Of a stretch of 64,000 nt of DNA, positions 8,735 through 17,952 are shown piece after piece (position 1 is the stretch's first letter; each line of letters begins with the position of its first letter). The notes beneath the pieces were generated by a model. The model had not been told where the DNA came from. It searched no databases and was given only the letters and a program-made list of their open reading frames with translations. The stretch lies in assembly GCA_003056145.1 (NCBI GenBank), contig LSNL01000003.1, positions 137,993 to 201,992 of the forward strand. Reading direction: 5' to 3'. This stretch comes from Parcubacteria group bacterium M10-OD1-1. Lineage in GTDB: Bacteria; Patescibacteriota; Minisyncoccia; Moranbacterales; UBA2206. Made by a program: the position numbers and the translations under genes.

Positions 8735-10090
8735 ATGACTAATAAAATTTCAGCTAAACATATTACGGAAGATTTAAATCAAGGAGGATTCGTTTTAGTT
8801 CTTAATAATGGAGCAGAAATTGATGGACAAGCGGAGGCTATGCTACAAGGGCTTCATTCTCGTTCGACGGGAGGAATTAAGCATCATTTGCAGATTTTAG
8901 ATGAGAAGGGAGCTGAAAATTTTATGGAACGTTTTTATGTTGGTTATGGACATAAATCAATTGGTGATTGTGGATCAGCAACTGTTTTTGTAGAAGGGAT
9001 TTCAATGTTGGCAGCTAAAGCAATTCAAGATTGGAGATTATATTCTGGACAAGAAGCTTCAACTAGATATGTAGATTTTTCTCAGCAGAAATGTTTAGAT
9101 GCTACTAATACTAAAGAAGGCGAGAAGATTTTAGAAGATTGGATAAAATTTTATTTAGAAGCTCAAAAACCAGTTCAGGAATATCTTAAAAAACAATTTC
9201 CTAAAAAAAGTAATGAGGAAGAGGATTTATACAATAAAGCTATTAAGGCTAGAGCTTTTGATGTAACACGCTCTTTTTTACCGGCAGGAGCTACAACTAA
9301 TGTGGCCTGGAGAATGAATTTTCGTCAATTTGCAGATGAATTAATGCTTTTGCGACATCATCCCTTGGCTGAAGTTCGTGATATAGCAGAAAAAACAGAA
9401 AAAGCTTTAGGGAAAATGTATAATAATTCTTTCGGACAAAAGAGATATTCAGCTACGGAAGATTATAATCAACAATGGATGCAAAAGGGTTATTATTATC
9501 GTAATAATCAAGCCAAAGATTTTTCTCTAATTTATGATTATGTAGATCGAAATTTATTAGCTAATTATGAGGATTTTCTCAAAAATCGTCCAGCTAAAAC
9601 TGAGCTACCAATGGCTATTGCTGAATGTGGAGTTTTATCTTATGAATTATTACTAGATTTTGGTTCTTTTCGTGATTTGCAAAGGCATCGAGCTATTGTT
9701 CAAAGAATGCCTCTTTTGGTTAGGAAACATGGGTTTAACCAGTGGTACTTAGATTCTTTACCAGTAGATTTAAGGGAAAAAACTGAGAAGTTTATTAAAC
9801 TTCAAGAAGAAAGAATTGATAAAATTAAAGCTAGCGATGAAGATAAACAGTACCTAACAGCTATGGGTTATAAAGTTCCTTGCCGTTTTTCTGGAGACTT
9901 AAAAGCCTTAGTCTATTTAGTAGAGCTTCGTTCTACTCGTTTTGTTCATCCAACATTAGTAGCACAAGTTTTAAAGATAATTAAAAGTCTAAAAACATTA
10001 TTTCAAGAAAATGGTTTAGTTTTACATTTAGATGAAGAACCTAATCGTTTTGACATAAAACGAGGAGAACAAGATATTTTAGAAAAATAA
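8735..10090 (+). CDS. tandem-duplicated Thy1-domain protein (flavin-dependent thymidylate synthase ThyX-like)
   Basis: The first half aligns to ThyX: GHKS...ATVFVEGISMLAAKAIQDWRLYSGQEASTRYV versus [40 protein letters not shown]. Also TRSFLPAGATTNVAWRMNFRQFADELMLLRHH versus [32 protein letters not shown]. The second half repeats the fold with an intact RHR (FRDLQRHRAIVQRMP). Total length is 451 aa. Confidence 0.65.
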   Translation: MTNKISAKHITEDLNQGGFVLVLNNGAEIDGQAEAMLQGLHSRSTGGIKHHLQILDEKGAENFMERFYVGYGHKSIGDCGSATVFVEGISMLAAKAIQDWRLYSGQEASTRYVDFSQQKCLDATNTKEGEKILEDWIKFYLEAQKPVQEYLKKQFPKKSNEEEDLYNKAIKARAFDVTRSFLPAGATTNVAWRMNFRQFADELMLLRHHPLAEVRDIAEKTEKALGKMYNNSFGQKRYSATEDYNQQWMQKGYYYRNNQAKDFSLIYDYVDRNLLANYEDFLKNRPAKTELPMAIAECGVLSYELLLDFGSFRDLQRHRAIVQRMPLLVRKHGFNQWYLDSLPVDLREKTEKFIKLQEERIDKIKASDEDKQYLTAMGYKVPCRFSGDLKALVYLVELRSTRFVHPTLVAQVLKIIKSLKTLFQENGLVLHLDEEPNRFDIKRGEQDILEK

Positions 10091-10100
10091 ATATAATAAT

Positions 10101-10787
10101 ATGAAACGAGGTAAATTTATTGTTTTAGATGGTACCGATGGAAGTGGAAAAGCTACTCAGACCAAACTTTTAGTAAAAAAATTGAAAGCAGAAGGATATA
10201 AAGTTAGAACTGTAGATTTTCCTCAATATTATAAAAATTTTTTTGGTAAAATGATTGGAGAATGTTTGGTTGGTAAATATGGAGATTTTGTTTCCATTGA
10301 CCCTCATGTAGCTTCAATTTTATATGCAGCTGATCGATGGGAATCTAGCGAAAGAATTAAAAAGTGGCTAAAAATTGGAGATATTGTAATTGCTGATCGT
10401 TATTCTAGCTCTAATCAAATTCATCAGGGCGGTAAAATAAAGAGCAATAAAGAACGTAAACTTTTTTTGAAATGGTTAGAGAAGATGGAATTTGAAGTTT
10501 TTAAAATTCCTAAACCAGACGCAATTATTTATCTAGATGTTCCTTCTAAAATAACTAGAGAATTATTAGGGAAAGTTTCAGCGAAAAAGAAAAAATATTC
10601 TCAAGGTAAAAAAGATTTAGCAGAATCAAATAATAAATATATTCAAAATTCAAGAAAGAGTGCCACCAAGTTAGTAAGTGAATATAATAATTGGGTTAAA
10701 ATAACTTGCGTAAGACAGGATAAAATATTAAGTATAAATCAAATAGCCGATATTATTTATAGTAAAGTCCAAAATATTATTAAATAA
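10101..10787 (+). CDS. tmk: thymidylate kinase
   Basis: FIVLDGTDGSGKATQ P-loop and DRY motif (ADRYSSS) typical of dTMP kinase. Confidence 0.85.
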   Translation: MKRGKFIVLDGTDGSGKATQTKLLVKKLKAEGYKVRTVDFPQYYKNFFGKMIGECLVGKYGDFVSIDPHVASILYAADRWESSERIKKWLKIGDIVIADRYSSSNQIHQGGKIKSNKERKLFLKWLEKMEFEVFKIPKPDAIIYLDVPSKITRELLGKVSAKKKKYSQGKKDLAESNNKYIQNSRKSATKLVSEYNNWVKITCVRQDKILSINQIADIIYSKVQNIIK

Positions 10788-10809
10788 TTTCTTTAGCTAA
10801 ATTATAAAT

Positions 10810-11139
10810 ATGGAATTTAATGAATATCAAAAAAAATCGCGTAAGACAGCTATTTATCCTCAGGCTGGGAAAAATTTTATTTATCCTACCTTAGGATTGG
10901 CTGGTGAATCAGGAGAAGTAGCAGAGAAAATAAAAAAGGTGATTCGTGATAAGGAAGGAATTATTGATGAAGAGACTCGTAAGGCAGTGGAAAAAGAGCT
11001 AGGAGATGTTCTATGGTATGTTACTCAAATAGCTACAGAATTAAATCTTACAATGGATGAAATAGCAGAACATAATATAGAAAAGCTTTATAGTCGATTA
11101 GAAAGAAATAAAATAAAGGGAAATGGAGATAATCGATAA
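10810..11139 (+). CDS. MazG-like nucleoside triphosphate pyrophosphohydrolase
   Basis: 109 aa with the EExGE...ELGDVLWY all-alpha NTP-PPase motif. Confidence 0.7.
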   Translation: MEFNEYQKKSRKTAIYPQAGKNFIYPTLGLAGESGEVAEKIKKVIRDKEGIIDEETRKAVEKELGDVLWYVTQIATELNLTMDEIAEHNIEKLYSRLERNKIKGNGDNR

Positions 11140-11174
11140 TTTTATAATTAAAACAAATTTAATATTTAAATGTT

Positions 11175-12641
11175 ATGTCAAAATATACACCAGTTATTGG
11201 GATGGAAGTCCATGTTGAGCTAAAAACTAAATCTAAAATGTTTTGTAGCTCTAAAAATAGTTTAGGTTTAGAAAAAAAACCAAATATCAATATTTGTCCA
11301 GTTTGTACTGGTCAGCCAGGAACTTTACCAGTACCTAATGAGCAAGCTATTGAATTTGTTCAAATGGCTGGCTTAGCTTTAAATTGTGAGTTGGCATTAG
11401 AAAGCAAGTTTGACCGAAAGAATTATTTTTACCCAGATCTTCCGAAAGGTTATCAAATTTCTCAATATGATCAACCTCTTTGCGAAAACGGGTTACTTAA
11501 GGTTAATGGTAAGAGTGTTGGGATTACCAGAATTCATTTAGAAGAAGACACAGGAAAATTAATTCATCCTAAAGGAGTCGGTTATACTCTAGTGGACTTC
11601 AATCGAGCAGGAGTACCTTTAATGGAGCTAGTAACGGAACCAGATATCAAAACTGGGGATGAGGCAAGAGCTTTTTGTCAAAAATTACAACAAATTTGCC
11701 GTTATCTAGAAATTTCTGATGCTGATATGGAGAAGGGGAATATGCGTTGTGAAGCTAATATTTCTCTTCATCGAGAAGGGGAAGATAAATTATCAGGAAC
11801 AAAGGTAGAAGTTAAGAATATAAATTCTTTCAAGTTTGTTGAGAAAGCTATTAATTATGAAATAAAAAGACAAACTAAGCTATTGGAAAAAGGTGAAAAA
11901 GTTAAACAAGAAACGATGGGTTGGGATGCTAATAAAGGAAAAACTATTTCCCAAAGAGCTAAGGAATCAGCTCACGATTATCGATACTTTCCTGAACCAG
12001 ATATTCCGCCACTAAAGTTTACTAAAGAGACAATAGAATTATTAAAGAGAAGGCTACCAGAATTACCAGAGCAAAAAGCTAAGCGTTTTCAGGAAGAATA
12101 TCAACTTCAGCCAGAAGCTATTGAGGTTTTAATATCTCAAAAAGAGTTAGCTTCTTATTTTGAAGAAGTAGTGAGTGAGATTTTAGAAAAAATTAAAGCT
12201 GGTGAATTTAAAGCTAATCAAGAGAAAGCTTTAAAGTTAGCAGCTAATTATATTATTACAGAGTTAAGAAAACATTTAATTAACCATCACGAAAATATTC
12301 AAGCTATAAAAATTACCCCAGAGAATTATGCTGAGTTAATTACTATTTTGGCTTCTGGAGCAATAAACTCTAGTGCTGCCCAGACTATTCTTGAGGAAAT
12401 GTATAAAACAGGAGGAGATCCATCACAAATAATCGAAGAGAAAAATTTAGCGCAAATGAATGATAATGGAGAACTGGAAAAAATAGTCCAAGAAGTTGTT
12501 ATTGCTAATCAAGACTCGGTGGTGGCATATAAAGATGGTAAGAATAAGGCTCTACAATTTTTAGTAGGGCAAATAATGAAAGAAACCAAAGGAAAAGCTA
12601 ATCCAGAGAAAGCAATGAAATTGATTAAAAAGAATATTTAA
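11175..12641 (+). CDS. gatB: Asp-tRNA(Asn)/Glu-tRNA(Gln) amidotransferase subunit B
   Basis: Canonical GatB N-terminus (YTPVIGMEVHVELKT) and C-terminal YqeY-like domain; 488 aa. Confidence 0.9.
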   Translation: MSKYTPVIGMEVHVELKTKSKMFCSSKNSLGLEKKPNINICPVCTGQPGTLPVPNEQAIEFVQMAGLALNCELALESKFDRKNYFYPDLPKGYQISQYDQPLCENGLLKVNGKSVGITRIHLEEDTGKLIHPKGVGYTLVDFNRAGVPLMELVTEPDIKTGDEARAFCQKLQQICRYLEISDADMEKGNMRCEANISLHREGEDKLSGTKVEVKNINSFKFVEKAINYEIKRQTKLLEKGEKVKQETMGWDANKGKTISQRAKESAHDYRYFPEPDIPPLKFTKETIELLKRRLPELPEQKAKRFQEEYQLQPEAIEVLISQKELASYFEEVVSEILEKIKAGEFKANQEKALKLAANYIITELRKHLINHHENIQAIKITPENYAELITILASGAINSSAAQTILEEMYKTGGDPSQIIEEKNLAQMNDNGELEKIVQEVVIANQDSVVAYKDGKNKALQFLVGQIMKETKGKANPEKAMKLIKKNI

Positions 12642-12775
12642 ATCTCACAATTTTTAAAAAAATGGAGAGATGTATATAGATTTTGGTTGTTAGATTTTTA
12701 TGACTGTGTTATGATAAAAAAAATATGAAGTATTTGATATCAAAAAAGAAAGGTGTATTAAATAAGTGATTTAGG

Positions 12776-12802
12776 TGAATCGTCTTTGACGGTTCTTTTT
12801 TT
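12776..12802 (+). terminator. rho-independent terminator downstream of gatB
   Basis: GAATCGTC-tttg-ACGGTTC (one G:U pair) followed by TTTTTTT. Confidence 0.5.
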
Positions 12803-12859
12803 ATAGCTCTTTTTATATAATGAGAAATTTTAGAATAATCTAAAAAAGGGAGGTAGAAT

Positions 12860-13060
12860 ATGAATGCTGTCATTAAAAGATGTGCCTTGTGCAAAAAATC
12901 AGGAATTGATCGATTATATTTTAAAGATAGGAGTCGAGAATATTGGAGTAACGAAGAGAAGGTTAGAAAAATTGCTTTAAGTCAACATGAGTCAGATGTA
13001 TTAGAGACTGATGACCCCTTAGGTCATATTCCATTTGTTCTTTCTTGCGGTTATCATTGA
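12860..13060 (+). CDS. small cysteine-containing hypothetical protein (66 aa)
   Basis: Strong SD (AAAGGGAGG) 7 nt upstream; CxxC near the N-terminus and CGYH at the C-terminus; flanked by terminators. Confidence 0.45.
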   Translation: MNAVIKRCALCKKSGIDRLYFKDRSREYWSNEEKVRKIALSQHESDVLETDDPLGHIPFVLSCGYH

Positions 13061-13084
13061 TATAGTCAAAAAATTGGCAAAAAA

Positions 13085-13120
13085 GGGTCGAGAATATAAT
13101 CTCGGCTCTATATTATTTTT
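13085..13120. terminator. hairpin between the convergent small ORF (+) and miaA (-)
   Basis: GGGTCGAGA-atataa-TCTCGGCTC hairpin with T-rich flanks. Confidence 0.35.
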
Positions 13121-14042
13121 AGAGAAAAATTGAAACAGTTTTTTCAATTTTAGAATATCTTTCTAACCAAATTATCCTCTTGTCTTTTTGAAACCAAGTT
13201 ATTTGTCGTTTGGCGTAGTTTTTTTCCGCTAGGTAAATTTTTTCTTTTAACTCTTCTTCAGTTTTTATTTCCCCACGCAGATATTGAGGAATTAATTTAA
13301 AACTTAAACCAAAACTTTCAATTTTTTCCCAACTTAAATTTTTATGTAATCTTTTAATTTCAGTAATCATTCCTTTGCGCATTCTATTTTTGACATTTAG
13401 TTTTATTTTTTGATGTATTTCTTTTTTGGTTCGTTGAATTCCAATTTGTAGAAATTCTAAATGATTTAATGTTCTTATTTCAGGTCGTGGAACTTTACCG
13501 AGCGTTTTACAAATTTCTAAAGCTCGAATTAAACGTACTTTATTTTTCGCATCAATGTTTTTAGCACGAATAGAATCGATTCTTTTTAAGCTAGTAAATA
13601 ATTCTTCTGTACTATTTTTGCTTAATTTCTCGCGCAGTTCCCAATTAGGTTTTACTTTAGGAAAAACAACGTTATCAATAATCGCTTTAATCCAAAAACC
13701 TGTTCCTCCACAAATAATAGGAACTTTCTCGCGGTCTAAAATATTAGTAATTACTTTTTCTGCTTCTTTTTTAAATTTGGCAACACTATATTCTTCGGTA
13801 GGGTTAATAATGCTGATAAAATAATGAGAAATACCATCGCTAGTTAGTATTGCTTTGCCGTCAATAATTTTCTTTTCTATAGGCACAGCGCCACTATTAA
13901 TTTCCATTCCCTTATAAATTTGTCGGCTGTCGGCAGAAATAATTTCGCCGTTAAATTTTTTGGCAAGTTTAATAGCCATTCCAGATTTTCCCACTGCCGT
14001 CGGTCCCAAAATCACTATTATTTTACTGTTGACATTCTTCAT
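13119..14042 (-). CDS. miaA: tRNA dimethylallyltransferase MiaA
   Basis: IIVILGPTAVGKSGMAIKLAKKFNGEIISADSRQIYKGM is the canonical MiaA N-terminus. Confidence 0.9.
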   Translation of the reverse strand: MKNVNSKIIVILGPTAVGKSGMAIKLAKKFNGEIISADSRQIYKGMEINSGAVPIEKKIIDGKAILTSDGISHYFISIINPTEEYSVAKFKKEAEKVITNILDREKVPIICGGTGFWIKAIIDNVVFPKVKPNWELREKLSKNSTEELFTSLKRIDSIRAKNIDAKNKVRLIRALEICKTLGKVPRPEIRTLNHLEFLQIGIQRTKKEIHQKIKLNVKNRMRKGMITEIKRLHKNLSWEKIESFGLSFKLIPQYLRGEIKTEEELKEKIYLAEKNYAKRQITWFQKDKRIIWLERYSKIEKTVSIFL

Positions 14043-14059
14043 AGAGTATGCTATATTGA

Positions 14060-14463
14060 AACATCGTAGAATTTATTAAAAATATCCGCTACAGAGTTAT
14101 TTAAGCATACAATAGCTTAAATATGCAATGGATAATTTAAAGCCTATGTAGGCGAGGAGGTAATTATGATGTAAATCTACGGTCGTCTCTCCGTTATGAG
14201 GCAGGGTGCTCTGAGTTGCATTCACATTAGAACTTGGGTAAGTTTGAGAGACTTGTTAAAAAAATCGGATTTCTGCTGAAAGGGAATATCATATCCTTTG
14301 ACGAATGTTTTCTGTGGAAGATATTTGGTGGCGGTTTGAAAGTTTTTTTTGGCAAGAATTGTGCAATGACACGATTGACTTGCGGTCAAAATCTCTTATT
14401 ATTTTGCGGGAATAACAATAATACTGTTACTCCCGCTTTTTTTATTTTATTGAACTATATCTC
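14060..14463 (+). ncRNA. candidate structured ncRNA (possibly a divergent RNase P RNA); identity unresolved
   Basis: A roughly 400-nt non-coding gap that is richer in GC than its surroundings. There is an upstream extended -10 (TGcTATATT at about 14049). A sequence order reminiscent of M1 RNA is present: GAGGAGG...AAATCTACGG...CTCCGTTATGAGGCAGGGTGC, then CTGAAAGGG, then ACACGATTGACTTG. Two strong hairpins with T-runs lie at 14404-14447 and 14464-14498. No convincing ORF is present (the 78-aa ORF has no SD and odd composition). Confidence 0.3.
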
Positions 14464-14498
14464 ATCATAGCGACCTGTTCGCTATGATATATTTTTTC
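14464..14498 (+). terminator. rho-independent terminator (+ strand) overlapping the miaB stop
   Basis: ATCATAGCG-acctgtt-CGCTATGAT perfect 9-bp stem, then ATATTTTTT. Confidence 0.6.
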
Positions 14499-15807
14499 CT
14501 TCCAAATTCCAAATATTAGCTTTGATGATTTTTATTTTGACGAATTTGCCAATTAAGTGTTTATTTTTTCCAATCGGTAGCTTTACATTTTTAGCGGTTC
14601 GGGTTTTGCCATAATAAAATCCAGCTTTTTCTTTCTCAACTAATATATCAATAACTTTATCAACATAGTTCTTATTATTGGCATAAGTTGTTTTTTTAAG
14701 AATATCATTAAGATATTTTTCACGACGAACTTTTTCTGATTTAGCTGTCTTATCAGGAAATTCCCAGGCGACGGTTCCAGGACGGGGGGAGAATTGTCCA
14801 AAAAAAACCATGTCAAATTTGGCTTTTCGCATAATTTCAGCACTATCGGCGAATTGTTTTCGAGTTTCTCCAGGAAAACCGACGATAATATCTGAGGTTA
14901 AAGCAAATGGAATATCGGGCTTATATTTTTTGAAAGTAGATTTTATTTTTTGGACGATTCTTATGTATTCCTTAGCAGTGTATTTGCGGTTCATATTTTT
15001 TAAGACTTCATCGTTCCCAGCTTGCAGAGGGAGATGAAAATTTTCACAAACTTTTTTGCATTTAGCGACCATTTCAATCATTTCATCTGTGACATCTTTT
15101 GGATGATTACTAATAAAGCTAATCCAGAATTTTCCAGGAATTGCGTCAATTTTTTTTAAAAGTTTGGGGAAATTTATTTTTTGTTTTGGACTTATTTTTG
15201 AATCGTAACTATTTACATTTTGTCCTAAGAGAATTATGTGTTTAGTACCAGTTTTAATTAAGGTTTTTATTTCAGAAATGATTTCATCGACTGGTCGGGA
15301 AAATTCACGCCCTCTAGCATAGGGAACGACGCAGTAAGCACAGAAATTATTACAGCCAGTCATAATAGGAATATAGCTAATGAATTTATTTTTATAGCGA
15401 GGCTTTATATGAAAATAATTTTTAATTAACTTGGATGTTTTAGAAGAAGAATCTTTAAATATAGGAGGATAATTAAGAATTAGCATTTTTTCTATTTTTT
15501 GAGGAAAATCTTGGATAGAAGTAAATAAATCTACTTTATTTTTTAATCTTGCTTGAATATCAGGACGATTAGCTAAACAGCCAGTTAAAATAATTTTTAG
15601 ATTAGAATCATTTTTTCGTAAATTATGAATTTGCCCATAGACTCGGTCTTCCGCCATTTGACGTACGCCACAAGTATTAAAAATTACAATATCAGATTGA
15701 GTTAGATTTTTAGTTGGCTGAAAATTCCTCGCTTCTAAAAAACTACTAATTCTTTCAGAATCAGAATAATTCATTTGGCAACCAAAGGTTTTTATGTAAT
15801 AATACAC
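14482..15807 (-). CDS. miaB: tRNA-i6A37 methylthiotransferase MiaB (radical SAM, MTTase family)
   Basis: UPF0004 N-domain (KTFGCQMN), radical-SAM CNNFCAYC motif, C-terminal TRAM domain; adjacent to miaA. Confidence 0.85.
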   Translation of the reverse strand: MYYYIKTFGCQMNYSDSERISSFLEARNFQPTKNLTQSDIVIFNTCGVRQMAEDRVYGQIHNLRKNDSNLKIILTGCLANRPDIQARLKNKVDLFTSIQDFPQKIEKMLILNYPPIFKDSSSKTSKLIKNYFHIKPRYKNKFISYIPIMTGCNNFCAYCVVPYARGREFSRPVDEIISEIKTLIKTGTKHIILLGQNVNSYDSKISPKQKINFPKLLKKIDAIPGKFWISFISNHPKDVTDEMIEMVAKCKKVCENFHLPLQAGNDEVLKNMNRKYTAKEYIRIVQKIKSTFKKYKPDIPFALTSDIIVGFPGETRKQFADSAEIMRKAKFDMVFFGQFSPRPGTVAWEFPDKTAKSEKVRREKYLNDILKKTTYANNKNYVDKVIDILVEKEKAGFYYGKTRTAKNVKLPIGKNKHLIGKFVKIKIIKANIWNLEGKNIS

Positions 15808-15889
15808 GGATAGTTATTTTATAATTAAAAAGTTGATATTTAATAGAATATCCTAAATCTTTAAAAACATCAATAAAAGGAGAAAAATA

Positions 15890-16111
15890 ATGGAAAAGGG
15901 AATGGAAGATATTTTAAGGCGAAATTTCTATTTTTTTGAAGAAAATGAGAAGTTGCAAGCGTATGAGATCCAATCGTTGTTTTGCGCTAAAGAGCAGGAA
16001 AAGATAGTAAAAAAAATGTTAGAAAACGGGATACTTAAAAAAGAAGTAAATGGCTGTATCTCTATTGACGAAAAAGGCAATAATTTGATTGCCGATATGC
16101 ATCTCAAGTAG
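15890..16111 (+). CDS. small hypothetical protein (73 aa)
   Basis: Strong SD (AAAGGAG); followed by a perfect 13-bp terminator hairpin. Confidence 0.45.
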   Translation: MEKGMEDILRRNFYFFEENEKLQAYEIQSLFCAKEQEKIVKKMLENGILKKEVNGCISIDEKGNNLIADMHLK

Positions 16112-16127
16112 TTTTTTTAGGAAAATC

Positions 16128-16165
16128 AGGCTCTAGCGATAGCAATCGCTAGAGCCTTTTTAAAT
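16128..16165. terminator. bidirectional terminator between the small ORF (+) and thrS (-)
   Basis: AGGCTCTAGCGAT-agca-ATCGCTAGAGCCT perfect 13-bp stem with T-runs on both sides. Confidence 0.7.
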
Positions 16166-16176
16166 TTAATTTTTAA

Positions 16177-17952
16177 TTATTTTTTTTCTTTAATTTCTTG
16201 TTGAATTTTTTGGATTAATTCTGAAAGAGATAATTTTTCTTGTTTTTTTTCATTTCTTTTTCTTAGGGTAACTGTTTTGTTCTCTCTCTCTTTCTCTCCA
16301 ATAATTAACATATAAGGAATTTTTTGTTTTTCGGCTTCCCTGATTTTTTTACCGAGAGAATCATTTTGTTTAAAAATACTAACTCGGATGTCGGCTGCTA
16401 GTAAATCTTTTTTTAGCGTTTCTCCGTAATCTTCAAATTTTTCACTAACTGGAATAATAGCTATTTGCTGAGGTGAAAGCCAAAGTGGAAATGCACCGGC
16501 ATATTTTTCAACTAAGAAAGCAAAAAAACGATCAAAAGAACCCATAATAGAACGATGGATAATAATTGGTCTTTCTTTTTTCCCTTCTGAATTAATAAAC
16601 TCAATATCAAATCTTTCTGGAGAATATAAATCAACTTGGATAGTAGCAAGAGTATCTTCTTTACCGAGAACATTTTTTAATTGAACATCAATTTTTGGTC
16701 CGTAGAAAGCTGCCTCTCCAGTTATTTCTTTAAATTTTTCACCAGAATTTTCTAAAGCGGTTCTAGCATATTCAGTTGACTGCTTCCAAAGCTTTTGATT
16801 GCTAATATCGCCATATTTTTCTTTATCTTCTATGTCTGGTAAAGAAAGACGAAACCAATAATCTTGTATTTTAAAATCTTGATAAACTTTTTGAAAAAGA
16901 GAAAGGACTTTATCTAACTCATTATTAACTTGATCTTTAGAGCAATAGATATGAGCATCGTTTTGAGAAAAAGTTCTAGCTCTAATTAAACCAGAAAGAA
17001 CACCTGATCTTTCAAAACGGTGTAAAGGACTAAAATCAGCTAGACGAAGAGGTAAATTGCGATAACTCATCGGTTTATTTTTATAAATCATATGATGATG
17101 AGGACAATTCATTGGTTTTAAATAATAATTCTCTCCTTCTATCTCTATGGGATTGTACATATCTGCTCGGTAATGAGAAAGATGTCCAGATTTTTTGTAT
17201 AAATTTTCGTGAGTTAGCATTGGAGTATAAACAAAATCGTAACCATTCTTTCTTTCTAGCTCATACATATAATCTTCTAATTTTTTACGGATAAAAGCTC
17301 CTTTAGGAAGCCATAAAGGGAGTCCTTTCCCAATTTCTTCTGAAATCATAAAAAATTCTAATTCTTTTCCTAGCTTACGATGATCTCTTTTTTCGGCTTC
17401 TGCTAATAGTTGGAGATGCTTTTTTAATTCTTTTTGAGAATTAAAAACTGTTCCATAAATTCTTTGAAGCATCTTATTTTTTTCATTACCTTGCCAATAA
17501 GCACCAGAAATTTTGGTTAATTTAAAAGCTTCTGTTTTTATTTCCCCTGTAGAATCTAGATGAGGACCTTTGCAAAGATCAATGAATTTTCCTGTTTTAT
17601 AAATAGACACCTTAGCTTCTCCTTTTTGAATAAGTTTTTTAATGAGTTGAATTTTATAGGGTTGTTTACTGTCTTCAAATTTTTTTAAAGCTTCTTGAAC
17701 GGAAATTTCTGCATATTCAAAAGGATAGTTAGCTTGAATAATTTTTTTCATTTTTTCTTCTAGGATTGGCAAATCTTCAGGGATAAGGGTTCTCGGTAGA
17801 TCAAAGTCATAATAGAAACCATTCTCAATAGCGGGACCAATAGCGAATTGAGCTTCAGGAAACATCTCTAAAATAGCTGAAGCTAAGATATGGGCAGTGG
17901 AGTGGCGAAGGATTTCTAATGTGTTGAGTTTTTTCTCTAGCTGTTTTGACAT
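16177..17952 (-). CDS. thrS: threonyl-tRNA synthetase
   Basis: Class II motifs and editing-domain HxxxH (RHSTAHIL); 591 aa; lacks the N-terminal TGS extension. Confidence 0.9.
   Translation of the reverse strand: MSKQLEKKLNTLEILRHSTAHILASAILEMFPEAQFAIGPAIENGFYYDFDLPRTLIPEDLPILEEKMKKIIQANYPFEYAEISVQEALKKFEDSKQPYKIQLIKKLIQKGEAKVSIYKTGKFIDLCKGPHLDSTGEIKTEAFKLTKISGAYWQGNEKNKMLQRIYGTVFNSQKELKKHLQLLAEAEKRDHRKLGKELEFFMISEEIGKGLPLWLPKGAFIRKKLEDYMYELERKNGYDFVYTPMLTHENLYKKSGHLSHYRADMYNPIEIEGENYYLKPMNCPHHHMIYKNKPMSYRNLPLRLADFSPLHRFERSGVLSGLIRARTFSQNDAHIYCSKDQVNNELDKVLSLFQKVYQDFKIQDYWFRLSLPDIEDKEKYGDISNQKLWKQSTEYARTALENSGEKFKEITGEAAFYGPKIDVQLKNVLGKEDTLATIQVDLYSPERFDIEFINSEGKKERPIIIHRSIMGSFDRFFAFLVEKYAGAFPLWLSPQQIAIIPVSEKFEDYGETLKKDLLAADIRVSIFKQNDSLGKKIREAEKQKIPYMLIIGEKERENKTVTLRKRNEKKQEKLSLSELIQKIQQEIKEKK

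Noticed and set aside
14234-14470. 78-aa ORF inside the miaA-miaB spacer
   Set aside because: No SD; odd composition (Cys/Phe/Gly-rich, poly-N). It overlaps the hairpin and terminator elements. The region is better explained as structured RNA.
14043-14480. tmRNA or SRP RNA in the miaA-miaB spacer
   Set aside because: No tRNA-like T-arm (GGTTCGA/TCGAACC) or SRP domain IV GGAA/AGCA motifs on either strand. Only weak RNase P-like similarities remain.
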